Shown piece after piece: positions 37,399 through 47,355 of a DNA stretch of 64,000 bases. The stretch is from Mycobacterium sp. (GTDB lineage Bacteria; Actinomycetota; Actinomycetes; Mycobacteriales; Mycobacteriaceae). The stretch is taken from positions 2,668 to 66,667 of the forward strand of contig JAGQTW010000214.1 of NCBI GenBank assembly GCA_020438785.1, written 5' to 3'. The position numbers were made by a program, and so were the translations under genes. The notes under the pieces were generated by a model, which was not told where the DNA came from, ran no database searches, and saw nothing but the letters and a program-made list of their open reading frames with translations. Position 1 is the first letter of the stretch; every line of letters starts with the position of its first letter.

Positions 37399-38679
37399 TC
37401 ATCGACCTCCGAACACGACCGGCACCTTGTTGGGCGAGCGCAGGCCGATGCCCTGCACCCACGCGTCCCTACCCCGGTCGGGGTCCAGACGAAGATTGGG
37501 GAGGCGGTCGAACAGCGCCGTCATCGCCGCCGTCATCTCGAGTCGCGCCAGATGCGCGCCCAGACAGGTGTGCGGACCCCAGGCGAACGCGATGTGGGCC
37601 TTCTTGTCCCGGAAGATGTCGAAGTCGTCGGCATCGTCGCCCCAGCGGGTGTGGTCGCGGTTGGCCGCGCCGATGGAGACCTCGACGATGCTGTCGCGCT
37701 TGATATCCACCCCGCCGAGTTCCAGGTCGTCGAGGGCCAGCCTGCTGATCGACATCAGCGGCGGCTCCCAGCGCACGCCCTCTTCGATCGTCTGCGGCAG
37801 CAGGGTGCGGTCATCGACGAGTGCATCGAGCTGGTCGGGGTTCTTGAGGAGGCCAAGGAGGGTGTTTGCGGTCGAGCGTGCCGTGGTCTCCCCACCGGCG
37901 GGCAGGAGGAGCCGTAGGAACGAGACGATGTCGATGGTGCTGAGCCGGGCGCCGTCGAGCTCGGCGTTGGCCAACAGGGTGATCAGGTCCTCCCCAGACC
38001 CGCCACGTCGTTCCTCGATCAACGGCGACAGATAGTCCTCGAGCTTCTTGGAGGCGATCTTCGCGGCGTCGAGATCGTAGAACGCGCCGACCGTCTCGCC
38101 GGCCCATTTGTTGAACAGCTCGATCTCGTCGAACGGTAACGCCATCATCTCGGTGATGATGTACACCGGGAACAGCACGGTGAAGTCGCGGTAAAGATCG
38201 GCGGAGCCGGCCTTCTCGAACCGGTCGATCAGGCCGTGCACCGCCGGCTCGATCGCGGTCTGCTGCCAGCGGCTCAACGACTTTCGGGTGAAGGCCTGCG
38301 CGATCAGCGCGCGATAGTGCCGATGCTCGTCGCCGTCCATGCCGATGATCGAGTGCCCCCAGACCTGGCCGATGGTCAGGTCCCAGATCTTCGACGACAG
38401 CCGTTCGTCGACGAGCGCCTGCTGGGCATGGTCGAATCCCAGCACGCAGGTGAACGAGACGTCGGCGAACTCCTTCTGGGTGCGGTAGTCCTGCTTGCCG
38501 GTCAGCGACGCTTGGGTCGTCGGGTGCACTGTCGCCTTGCGGCGGGCTTCGGCCAGTGGCGAGTACAGATCGACGATGAAGGTCGAGCGTGGCGTCTCGG
38601 CGGTGGCCGATGCGACGTAGGCGGCGTCGTCAGCGGCGCGCACGAAGTCACGCAGGCCTTCGGCTGTGCTGGTGGGCAT
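37399..38679 (-). CDS. Cytochrome P450
   Basis: I-helix LLPAGGETT, EEGVR (ExxR), heme motif FAWGPHTCLG. Confidence 0.95.
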   Translation of the reverse strand: MPTSTAEGLRDFVRAADDAAYVASATAETPRSTFIVDLYSPLAEARRKATVHPTTQASLTGKQDYRTQKEFADVSFTCVLGFDHAQQALVDERLSSKIWDLTIGQVWGHSIIGMDGDEHRHYRALIAQAFTRKSLSRWQQTAIEPAVHGLIDRFEKAGSADLYRDFTVLFPVYIITEMMALPFDEIELFNKWAGETVGAFYDLDAAKIASKKLEDYLSPLIEERRGGSGEDLITLLANAELDGARLSTIDIVSFLRLLLPAGGETTARSTANTLLGLLKNPDQLDALVDDRTLLPQTIEEGVRWEPPLMSISRLALDDLELGGVDIKRDSIVEVSIGAANRDHTRWGDDADDFDIFRDKKAHIAFAWGPHTCLGAHLARLEMTAAMTALFDRLPNLRLDPDRGRDAWVQGIGLRSPNKVPVVFGGR

Positions 38680-38703
38680 GTCGTTCCTCGTGGTCTCCCC
38701 GGC

Positions 38704-40191
38704 TCAGCCGGCGTGGAATTGAATCGCCTTGGTCTCGGTGAAGTCGTCGAGCACGTCGGCGCCGAGTTCCCGGCCGACCCCGGAGCGCTTGTAACCACCG
38801 AACGGCGCCCACGGGCTCATCCCGCCGGTGCCGCCGTTGATGCTGATGTTGCCGGTCTGAATCCGTTGCGCCATGGCGAACGCGGTACCGGTGTCGGCGG
38901 TCCACAACGAGCCCGACAACCCGAAGCACGAATCGTTGGCGATGCGGACCGCCTCGTCGTCGTCGTCGAACGGGATCACCGCTCCGACCGGGCCGAACAC
39001 CTCCTGCTGCGCCACCGTCATGTCGGATCGCACGTCGGCCAGCAGCGTGGGCTCGAAGAAGAAGCCACGGTCCAGACCCGCGGGCCGGTCGCCACCGCAG
39101 ACCAGGCGGGCGCCCTCCTCCAGCGCACCGGTGACGAACTTCGCGCTGCGCTCCCGGGCGCTCTCCCGGATGAGTGGGCCGACAACGGTTTTGGGGTCGG
39201 TGGGATCACCGATCGGCAGCCGGCGCAGGACGTCCGCAACGCCGTCGAGGTACTGGTCGTAGATACTGCGGTGCACCAGATGACGGGTCCACAGCGCGCA
39301 ACCCTGGCCGCTGAACAGGGTCAGCTCCTGGGCGCCGCGGACACTCACGGCGGCCAGATCCGCGTCGGCGCGCACAATCATCGCCGACTTGCCGCCGAGC
39401 TCGAGAACCACGTGTTTGAGGGTGGCCGACGCCTGCGCCATGACCTTGGCGCCGACGGCGTCCGAGCCGGTGAAGGTGATCATGTCGACCCGCGGGTCGG
39501 TGGTCAGCAGCGCACCGACGTCCACCCCGCCGGTCACCACATTGAGCACCCCGGGTGGCAGCTCGGCTTCGGCAGCGGCGGCGCCGAGCAGCAGCGCCTC
39601 CAGCGGGGTGAAGTCGGACGGCTTGAGGACGACGGTGCACCCGGCGGCCAGGGCGGGACCCACCTTCAGCAGGTTCACGAAGAAGGGCGCGTTGAACGGG
39701 GTGATCGCGGTGACCACACCGCGGGGAGATCGCTGCACCACACCGGCACCCAAGACGGTTGCGCCGTGCCGGTTCTTGAACGTGGTGACGGGCAGCGGCC
39801 GGATGGCCTCGAAGCCGGCGGCCCGTTCGATGAAGAAGTCCAGCAGTCCCATCGGTGCGTCGAACTGACTGGGCCGGGCGACCGAGACCGGGATGCCGGC
39901 CTCGGCGACCACCAGCCCGACGATGTCGTCGGACCACTTGGCGAGCACATCGCGCAAGCGGGCGAGTCGCGACGAGCGCTCCGCCGGCCGCATGCGGGGC
40001 CAGGGGCCGTCGTCGAACGCCCGGCGCGCGGCAGCGACGGCGGCGGCGGCTTCGCGGACCGTGCCGAACGGTGCCTCGACAACCGTCTGCTCGGTGGCCG
40101 GGTTCAGCACCGCCGCAGCGTCTTCCGTCGGCAGCCAGTCGCCGTCGACGAAGACGCCGGCGTAGCTGGACCGATTCGGAGTGGTCGTCAT
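38704..40191 (-). CDS. Aldehyde dehydrogenase
   Basis: ITPFNAP, FTGS, LELGGKS, SGQGC, QEVFGPV, PFGGYKRSG. Confidence 0.95.
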   Translation of the reverse strand: MTTTPNRSSYAGVFVDGDWLPTEDAAAVLNPATEQTVVEAPFGTVREAAAAVAAARRAFDDGPWPRMRPAERSSRLARLRDVLAKWSDDIVGLVVAEAGIPVSVARPSQFDAPMGLLDFFIERAAGFEAIRPLPVTTFKNRHGATVLGAGVVQRSPRGVVTAITPFNAPFFVNLLKVGPALAAGCTVVLKPSDFTPLEALLLGAAAAEAELPPGVLNVVTGGVDVGALLTTDPRVDMITFTGSDAVGAKVMAQASATLKHVVLELGGKSAMIVRADADLAAVSVRGAQELTLFSGQGCALWTRHLVHRSIYDQYLDGVADVLRRLPIGDPTDPKTVVGPLIRESARERSAKFVTGALEEGARLVCGGDRPAGLDRGFFFEPTLLADVRSDMTVAQQEVFGPVGAVIPFDDDDEAVRIANDSCFGLSGSLWTADTGTAFAMAQRIQTGNISINGGTGGMSPWAPFGGYKRSGVGRELGADVLDDFTETKAIQFHAG

Positions 40192-42791
40192 TCGACTCGG
40201 GTCACCTTCCCGGTGGCCCCGTCCACCTCGACCACGTCACCGGTGCGCAGCACCGCACTGCCGCGCAGTGTCCCCACCACGCAGGGCACCCCGAACTCGC
40301 GGGCGACGACTGCGGCGTGCGACATCTCGCCGCCGGTGTCGACAACAACGGCGGCGGCGAAGGAGAAATACGGTGTCCATCCGGTGTCGGTGAACGCGGA
40401 AACCAGGACTTCACCGGGTTCCAGGTCGTCCATCGAGTCCGCCGTCAGTACCCGGACCCGGCCCTTGGCGACTCCGGCGGAGACCGGGGTGCCCTGCAAC
40501 GACTGACCGGGTTCGAGTGCGCCGGCGGCGTCACGTGTCGTCGAGTAGGTGCCGGCGAAGTTCAGCGGTGGCCGCTCGACTCGGAGTCGCTCCCGTTCGG
40601 CGCGACGCCGGGCCACCAGTTCCGCCGCGTTCGCCGGCGGGTTCTTCAGCTCGGACCGAATCAGGTAGAACACGTCCTCGGGTTGGTCGATGACGCCCCG
40701 ATCGGCCAGCCGCCGGCCGATCTCACGGGCGATCAGCCGGTATTGGTGGGTGCGCCGGATGGTGGCGTCCCTGGCCTGCTCTCGCAGTCGCTGGAATCGG
40801 TTGGCCACCTCGGCCGCGAGCGCGACCCGGCGGCTTACCGGCGGTGCGGGTTCTTCGGGCCGCCGCTGGGTTTCGGTGAGCTTGGCAACGACGTCGACGA
40901 ACTTCACCGGGTCGTCGGCGAACATGGGATTGGCCAGTTCGGTCTCGGCGGGCCCCCGGTGACCGTACTCCTCGAGCACGCCGTCCAACTCCCGGACGAA
41001 CGCGGGATGCGAGTCGCGCAGCTTCTCCAGCGCGACCTCGGGCGCGTTGGTGCGCAGGGTGTCGAGGATGGCCGGGTCGGTTCGGGCCAGACCGGCAAGC
41101 CGGTAGGCGCCGCCGGCGATCGCGGCGCTCGGGAGTTCGTCGGCGCCGCCGCGGATCCGGGTGGCGACCCCCTTGCCGCCCTGTTTCTGGACCATCTCCA
41201 TGATGGGCACGATGAAGGCGGAGGCGTTCGAGGCCAGTGACCAGGCCTGCGCGACCTCGTCGCGGGTGCGGTTGAGTTGTGCGATCAGTTCGACGTCGCT
41301 GAGCGACCGGTAGTACGACGGGTCGTGCTGTTCGGCGCGGGCATGGGCGTCGACGCTGCGGATCTCCGGGGCGAATCCGATCAGCTTGCCGGCGAGCCGG
41401 GGCAGCATGCGCGCCATTCCCATCGGACCGACTTTCTCCACCTCGGCTATCTCGATGCCGTCGCGGTCACCGAAAAGCATTTCATCCCAGGCCGATACGC
41501 CTGCACCCGGCATGGCGGTGCCGAGCGCGTAGACCACGGAGAGATTGGCGTAGATGCCGTGGCCGAAGGAACCCACCGCGTCATAGGTCATCGCGTCGCG
41601 CAACTTGCCCCTGAAATTGAAGACATCGGCTGCATTCGCCGCACCGCTGAGCAGCGCGTCCAGGGCGAGTTCCAGTGAGAGCGGTGTCAACGGTCCGGGA
41701 AAGGCCTCGGAGGTGTTGGCCGCGGTGAAGACGGTCCAGCCATCGCGCACGGTGGTGTCGAACTCGCCGGCCGCTTCGGATGCGGGATGCCGCGAGCCGT
41801 CCTCGGTGGCCCGTTCCGGAACAGTGGCCCACGGCCACCGCCAAGGGATTTCGACGCGGCGGCTGCCGAGGATGATGTGTGCGCGGTTGGTGCGCGCGAA
41901 GTCCTCGACACAGCCACGGTTGGTCCAGGCCGGCCGGAACCCGAACTCCTCGGTGAGCTTGGTGATGTCGACGATCGGGAAGTTCAGGAACGCCTCGACC
42001 GCGCCGGGATCGAGGGAGAACAGGTTGTGGTCCCACAGGAAGTTCAGCACCGCTTCGGCGCGTTGTGGATTGACCTCGACATACCGCTTGCCGAGGATCT
42101 GGGCGATCTCGCGCATCACGATCGAACCCTCGGCGGCCAGGTTCACCGGGCCCCGCCAGTCCGGACGTTCGGCCCCGTCGGCGAAGAACCGAGACAGGTC
42201 GTCGGGATGGATGAACTGAAAGCGGTTGGCACCACCCTTCATCCCCATGATCGCCGGGGTGGCGAAACCCTCCTGGGTCACACCGGTCGTGGTTCGGCCC
42301 ATGATGTTGCTGGCCCGCACCATCAGTGCGTTGACACCCGAGGCGGTGATGATCGCTTCGGCCTCGGCCTTGTGCACCGAATACAGGTGCTTGGGGCTCG
42401 GCCGCAACGGATCGGACTCCTTGAGAAGCGCCGGGTTGTCGGCGTGTGCGCCGTATGCCATCACCGACGAAGCGGTCACCAGCCGGGCGACACCGGACCG
42501 CTTCATCGCCTCCAGGACGGCCTCGGTCCCGCCGACGTCGATGGCGCGGGTGGCGGCGGCGTCGTGCATCGGGTGGGTGGTCCACGCGAGATGGACAACC
42601 GAGTCGACGCCGGCCATTGCCGCGGTCAGCGCGTCGGCGTCGCGGATGTCGGCGCAGATATGCCGATAGTTGGGCGAGGGAAAGGTGTGCGGACGGCGTG
42701 AGAGCCCCACCACCTGATGGCCCCGGGCCAGGATCTCCGGGATTATGCCCGCCCCGAAGTCACCGGACGCGCCCGTCACCAACACATGCAT
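40188..42791 (-). CDS. SDR + RPH-like + PEP-utiliser phospho-His fusion (Rv2047c-like), copy 2
   Basis: TGASGDFG, TASS, YSVHK; ANTSEAFPGP, GHRGPAETEL; GGEMSHAAVVAREF. Confidence 0.85.
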   Translation of the reverse strand: MHVLVTGASGDFGAGIIPEILARGHQVVGLSRRPHTFPSPNYRHICADIRDADALTAAMAGVDSVVHLAWTTHPMHDAAATRAIDVGGTEAVLEAMKRSGVARLVTASSVMAYGAHADNPALLKESDPLRPSPKHLYSVHKAEAEAIITASGVNALMVRASNIMGRTTTGVTQEGFATPAIMGMKGGANRFQFIHPDDLSRFFADGAERPDWRGPVNLAAEGSIVMREIAQILGKRYVEVNPQRAEAVLNFLWDHNLFSLDPGAVEAFLNFPIVDITKLTEEFGFRPAWTNRGCVEDFARTNRAHIILGSRRVEIPWRWPWATVPERATEDGSRHPASEAAGEFDTTVRDGWTVFTAANTSEAFPGPLTPLSLELALDALLSGAANAADVFNFRGKLRDAMTYDAVGSFGHGIYANLSVVYALGTAMPGAGVSAWDEMLFGDRDGIEIAEVEKVGPMGMARMLPRLAGKLIGFAPEIRSVDAHARAEQHDPSYYRSLSDVELIAQLNRTRDEVAQAWSLASNASAFIVPIMEMVQKQGGKGVATRIRGGADELPSAAIAGGAYRLAGLARTDPAILDTLRTNAPEVALEKLRDSHPAFVRELDGVLEEYGHRGPAETELANPMFADDPVKFVDVVAKLTETQRRPEEPAPPVSRRVALAAEVANRFQRLREQARDATIRRTHQYRLIAREIGRRLADRGVIDQPEDVFYLIRSELKNPPANAAELVARRRAERERLRVERPPLNFAGTYSTTRDAAGALEPGQSLQGTPVSAGVAKGRVRVLTADSMDDLEPGEVLVSAFTDTGWTPYFSFAAAVVVDTGGEMSHAAVVAREFGVPCVVGTLRGSAVLRTGDVVEVDGATGKVTRVE

Positions 42792-42823
42792 GCAGCTTCG
42801 CCTGTCTTAGATACCTGCCGTCG

Positions 42824-42852
42824 AATCTAAGTCGCACCCTATCCGGTGTCAA
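42824..42852 (-). promoter_or_regulatory. SigA-type promoter of the fusion-2 operon
   Basis: Minus strand reads TTGACA-N17-TAGATT, 32 bp upstream of ATG 42791. Confidence 0.7.
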
Positions 42853-43074
42853 CGTGTCGGGATAAAGATTATCTAGACTCTTGCCCCCGGCCGTCGCGGC
42901 CATGCCGAATGAACCGGAATGCCGGCCCGAAACCCTCCGGAGCAGCGAAACGGCGTTCCGGACGATGCCGGAAAGGAGCTAGATAATCCGTATTAGGATC
43001 GGCTCCCGAGGCTGCCGGGAGTCTGTTATGAGGCGGCACATCGGATCGGCGAGACCAATGAGGGTGGAGCTCCC

Positions 43075-44883
43075 ATGCAGATGACCAGTGCCGAGATGAT
43101 CGAGCGGATCGGCCGGCGGACGATCGTCGACGTGCTCGCCGACACCGTCGCCGAACGCGGGGATGCTCCGGCGCTGAACTCCAAAGCCCCGGACGGCAGC
43201 TGGAAGCGGTTGTCGTGGGCGGAATACCTGCGGACCGCGGCATCGGTGGCGAGCGCCCTGCGAAAGCTCGGCGTCAAGAGGGGCGATCGGGTCGCCCTGC
43301 TGATGCGCAACCGGATGGAATGCAATATCGCCGACACCGCCTGCATGCTGCTGGGGGTCACCACCACGTCGATCTATCTGACCTCGTCCAACAGCCAGCT
43401 CGAGTGGATCCTCGGTCACAGCGAATCCGTTGCGATCATCGTCGACGGTGAGCAGCTCGAGCGGACCCTGCAGATCAAGCCGCAGGTTCCGACACTGAAG
43501 ACGGTCATCTGCGTCGACGAGGTACCGGCGACGGATGCCCCGGTGACCGCATGGGCGGGTCTTCTGGGCGCGCAGCCGCTCGATCTGGACGAGGCGAAGC
43601 GGGTGGTGCAGCAGGACGACATCGCGACGATCATCTACACCTCGGGAACCACCGGGCGGCCCAAGGCCGCTCAGCACAGTCATCGCAGCATCGTGTCCGG
43701 GCTGGAGTCGATCCACCTGGCCTTCGGCGAGGGTTTCACCCACAAACGGGTGATCAGCTATCTGCCGATGGCCCATGTCGCGGAACGGTTCTTCTCCCAC
43801 TACGTGGGCCTGCGGCTGGGATCGGAGGTCTACTTCTGCCCGGAGGTGACCGCGATCGGCGCATACCTGCTCGAGGTCAAGCCGAACATCTTCTTCGGCC
43901 CGCCGCGGATCTGGGAGAAGCTCTGGGGAGCGGCTCAGGGCATTGCGCGCAGCACTCCCGATCCTGCGGGCGCCGACATGCGCCGCGCCCTCGACGTCGG
44001 ACTGCAGGCGGTCCGCGCCCGGACCGAGACCGGTGAGATTCCGGGCGACCTCGCGATCGACCTCGCCGACACCGAGCCGGCGCGCAAGCAGATCACCTCG
44101 GCGCTCGCCCTGGACACCATCGAGATCGCACTGACGGCTGCGGCGTCGATGTCGGCGGACACCCTCGACGGAATGGCCTCCCTCGGCGTCCAGCTCGCCG
44201 ACTTCTACGGCATGACGGAGTTCGTCGGCGGAGTCGGCTCGCCGTACGACCCTCGCCGGGGATGTCTGGGCCGCCCGTTTCCGGGCGTCGACATGCGCAT
44301 CGCGGAGGACGGTGAGGTCCAACTGCGCGGGCCGCAGGCCTTCGTCGGCTATCTGAAGGATCCCGAGCAGACCGCCGCCTCCTTCACCGACGACGGCTGG
44401 GTGAAGTCCGGCGATCTCGGCCTGATCGAGGAGGACGGCTACCTGCGGCTTATCGGGCGCAAGAAGGATCTGATCATCACCGCGGGCGGCAAGAACATCT
44501 CGCCCGGACCGATCGAGGCGGCGATCGCGAGCAGCCCGCTGGTATCGACCGTGGTGGTGGTCGGCGAGGCACGGAAATTCCCTGCGGCCCTTGTCCTGCC
44601 GGACCCGATGGAGGTCGTCGAGTGGGGCAGGCAACTCGACAAGGACGTCTCCGACGTAACCGCACTGATGTCGGATCCGGATCTGGAGCAGGAGATCCTG
44701 CAGCACGTCGAGCGCGTCAACAAGGATCTCGCCCGCGTCGAGCAGGTCAAGAAGATCAAGATCCTGCCCGAGGTGTGGGGACCGGACTCCGACGTGATGA
44801 CCCCGACGATGAAGGTCAAGCGCAATGTGGTGACCGAGAAGTACGCCGCCCACATCGACGGCCTCTACGTCGACGAGGGATAG
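43075..44883 (+). CDS. Long-chain fatty acid-CoA ligase (FadD11/FadD15-like)
   Basis: YTSGTTGRPK, SYLPMAHVAER, YGMTE, GRKKDLIITAGGKNISP, TPTMKVKR. Confidence 0.9.
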   Translation: MQMTSAEMIERIGRRTIVDVLADTVAERGDAPALNSKAPDGSWKRLSWAEYLRTAASVASALRKLGVKRGDRVALLMRNRMECNIADTACMLLGVTTTSIYLTSSNSQLEWILGHSESVAIIVDGEQLERTLQIKPQVPTLKTVICVDEVPATDAPVTAWAGLLGAQPLDLDEAKRVVQQDDIATIIYTSGTTGRPKAAQHSHRSIVSGLESIHLAFGEGFTHKRVISYLPMAHVAERFFSHYVGLRLGSEVYFCPEVTAIGAYLLEVKPNIFFGPPRIWEKLWGAAQGIARSTPDPAGADMRRALDVGLQAVRARTETGEIPGDLAIDLADTEPARKQITSALALDTIEIALTAAASMSADTLDGMASLGVQLADFYGMTEFVGGVGSPYDPRRGCLGRPFPGVDMRIAEDGEVQLRGPQAFVGYLKDPEQTAASFTDDGWVKSGDLGLIEEDGYLRLIGRKKDLIITAGGKNISPGPIEAAIASSPLVSTVVVVGEARKFPAALVLPDPMEVVEWGRQLDKDVSDVTALMSDPDLEQEILQHVERVNKDLARVEQVKKIKILPEVWGPDSDVMTPTMKVKRNVVTEKYAAHIDGLYVDEG

Positions 44884-44906
44884 CCCACCTCCCGCGAGAA
44901 AGAGTG

Positions 44907-45926
44907 TCAGACCGCCGGCGCCGGCTTGCGCTCGTCGCCGTTCTCCGGCACCGTCTCCCCCCAGGCCATCCACGACGTGATGGCGCGCTCCTCGCCTACC
45001 CGACGAAACTGGCCCTCGGAGTTGGGCGTTCGTCGTTGACCGGGTAGGCCGAGGTCCACCATCCGGCCACGTTCTTCGGCGACCCACTCCCACTCTTCGC
45101 CGTCGATCCAGTAGCTGATGTGCAGCGGCCAGCCGATCTCGTCGCGCTTGGTGACCAGCGAGCGGACATCAGTTGAGCGGGCCAGCACCCCACCTTCGTT
45201 GTTGAAGATCGCGAATCCCCAGTGGCCGTTGCCCGATGAGATGTGACCCATCTCCACCGCGCCGTCCTCGTAGCGGTTTCCCCAGGTGTACCAGGTCAAT
45301 TCGTAGTTGCCGGAGACCGGTTCGTGGCCCCAGGAGTAGCCCGGCGAGGTGAAGGCGTTGTCCAGTCCCATGAAGCCGGTGACCTCGCGGCCGCGGACCG
45401 TGCCGCTGATCTCCCACAGCCGGGAGATGTAGAGCACCCCACCCTCGGACCAGGGGGTGAAGAACTTCAGTCCCGGCCCGATGATGCGTCCGGTCAGGTC
45501 GGCGTGCGGACCCTCCGACCAGTGCAACTCGGTGGGCGTGACGGTCAACCCGAAGACCCGGTCACCGTGCGGGTAGGCCTTGCCGCCGAAGAATCGTGCC
45601 TTCTCCGAATCGATCTCCTGACGGACCCGGCCGATGAACGCGCTCGCCGCAATCTCCGGATCGACACGGAAGTCGGTGCCGGTCACCGGCGAATGGAGCA
45701 GGCTCAGTCCGACCGAGTCGCCGCCCTCACCGATCCGGCGGACCATCGAGGTCATGTTGCCCTCGTCATCCCGGACCGTGGCGAACAGGTAGGTGCCGTC
45801 GAGGCCGAGGCCCATCGGAGTTCCATGGTGCGACAACGTCTCCGGTGACGGATGGAACGTTCCAACCAGGGAGCGGCCCTCGAAGTCGGTGATACCGCGC
45901 TGCACAATCGCGTCGGATGAGCTCAT
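44907..45926 (-). CDS. Uncharacterised AttH/CrtC-like beta-barrel protein (family X, copy 3)
   Basis: 339 aa. LYISRLWEISGTVRGREVTGFMGLD and ELTWYTWGNRYEDG motifs are shared with the other copies. Confidence 0.7.
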   Translation of the reverse strand: MSSSDAIVQRGITDFEGRSLVGTFHPSPETLSHHGTPMGLGLDGTYLFATVRDDEGNMTSMVRRIGEGGDSVGLSLLHSPVTGTDFRVDPEIAASAFIGRVRQEIDSEKARFFGGKAYPHGDRVFGLTVTPTELHWSEGPHADLTGRIIGPGLKFFTPWSEGGVLYISRLWEISGTVRGREVTGFMGLDNAFTSPGYSWGHEPVSGNYELTWYTWGNRYEDGAVEMGHISSGNGHWGFAIFNNEGGVLARSTDVRSLVTKRDEIGWPLHISYWIDGEEWEWVAEERGRMVDLGLPGQRRTPNSEGQFRRVGEERAITSWMAWGETVPENGDERKPAPAV

Positions 45927-46071
45927 GCCTGCCTCTTCGCACCAGAGTCGGTTTATGTGGATTGTATAGAGAAACTAGGTTGAACGTAATTCATCGCGGG
46001 CGTACTGGCAACCACGATCTGGGACGCCGTTGACCCCGCGCGGCTGGGCCTTTGCGCCGCCGCCGAACGGG

Positions 46072-47184
46072 TCAGCGACCGTGCACCACTGAAAGCTGCT
46101 CGGAATGCCGCGCCAGGGCGTCGGCGTCCCAGACCGCGAACCGGTGATACAACTCGCGCTGCGCCGGCTCGGCTTCGCCGAGGAATCGCAGCGGCGGAGC
46201 AAGATCGAGCGCCGGGGCCGCGGGCGCGTAGAACCCCGCCGCCGGCCTCGATACCGAGCCGGGGTTCCGCGCGTGGTCGGCAACGGCTCGGCTCACATTG
46301 CGCCCCAATTGATCAGCGGTCAGCAGTTGCCGAAGGATCTCGGCCAGCGTCCACGGCGTCGACAACACCCAGGAGTGATGAGCCTTGGGCAGGGTTACCA
46401 GCGTTCCATTGCTGTGGATCGCGGTGTCGACCGCCGCCGCCAGCGGCACCACCATGTCGCGCTCACCGTGCAGGATCGCCACCGGTGTCTTGTTCGCCGC
46501 CAGCTGGTCGAGTGTGCCGACACTCTTCGGGGAGTCCACGATCGCTCTGGCGGCGATGAGGAAGATGCCGGGGTGCGTCAGCGAGTTCAGCGCCAGACGG
46601 GTGACCATCGAGGTGTGCCTGATGTGCTCGAGGTGGTGCAGGCCGACCCGGTCGATGACAAAGTCCGCCAAACCCGCGGCCATTCCGACCGCCGCCTGCA
46701 CCGGCGAGTTCAGGCGCAACGCGGAAGTGTCGAACGGGTCGCCCACGGCGGCACCGATCAGCACCGCGGCAAGGGCCCGGTCGGGTTCACGGGCCGCCAG
46801 GCCGGCGGCCGTCCGCCCGCCCATGCTGTGCCCCACCATCACCGCACGACGCACCCCCAGTTCGTCGAGAACGCGGCCGGCGATGTCGATGTGATGATCG
46901 AAACTGTGCTCACCGAGCCGGGGTGGCGCGGTCTGCCCGTGACCGGGCGCGTCCAGGGCGATCACCATGAAGCCGAGTTGGGGCAGCCTGTTGAGCACCC
47001 GCAGATAGGCGTGGCGGTTCATGCCGATGCCGTGGAAGAACACCAGCGGCACACCGCTCCCCCCGATGGAGACACCCACGGACCGACCGTCGATCGGGAT
47101 GCGGTGGTGGGCGAACCGGACCCGCTGGCCGGTCAGCGCCGGTATGGATGCCTCGGAAGCGGGTGAATAGGCTCTTGCGGCCAT
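46072..47184 (-). CDS. Alpha/beta hydrolase (paralogue of 27047..28111)
   Basis: VRFAHHRI, PLVFFHGIGMN, GHSMGG, LHGERD, AHHSW. Start ATG 47184 follows a GGAG RBS. Confidence 0.85.
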   Translation of the reverse strand: MAARAYSPASEASIPALTGQRVRFAHHRIPIDGRSVGVSIGGSGVPLVFFHGIGMNRHAYLRVLNRLPQLGFMVIALDAPGHGQTAPPRLGEHSFDHHIDIAGRVLDELGVRRAVMVGHSMGGRTAAGLAAREPDRALAAVLIGAAVGDPFDTSALRLNSPVQAAVGMAAGLADFVIDRVGLHHLEHIRHTSMVTRLALNSLTHPGIFLIAARAIVDSPKSVGTLDQLAANKTPVAILHGERDMVVPLAAAVDTAIHSNGTLVTLPKAHHSWVLSTPWTLAEILRQLLTADQLGRNVSRAVADHARNPGSVSRPAAGFYAPAAPALDLAPPLRFLGEAEPAQRELYHRFAVWDADALARHSEQLSVVHGR

Positions 47185-47355
47185 GGTGTTCTCCTGCGCC
47201 TCGGCGATCAGCCGCCGCCGGCTGACAGGACGGTAACAGAATCGGCTCTCTCCACCGCCGGTGTTCAGCGGGCTCGGTGACCCGAAAATCGGATTTCGGC
47301 CCGGCACGGCCGCAGCGGCAGTGAACTAAGTTGCAGTTGAGACGGAGGTGCGGCA

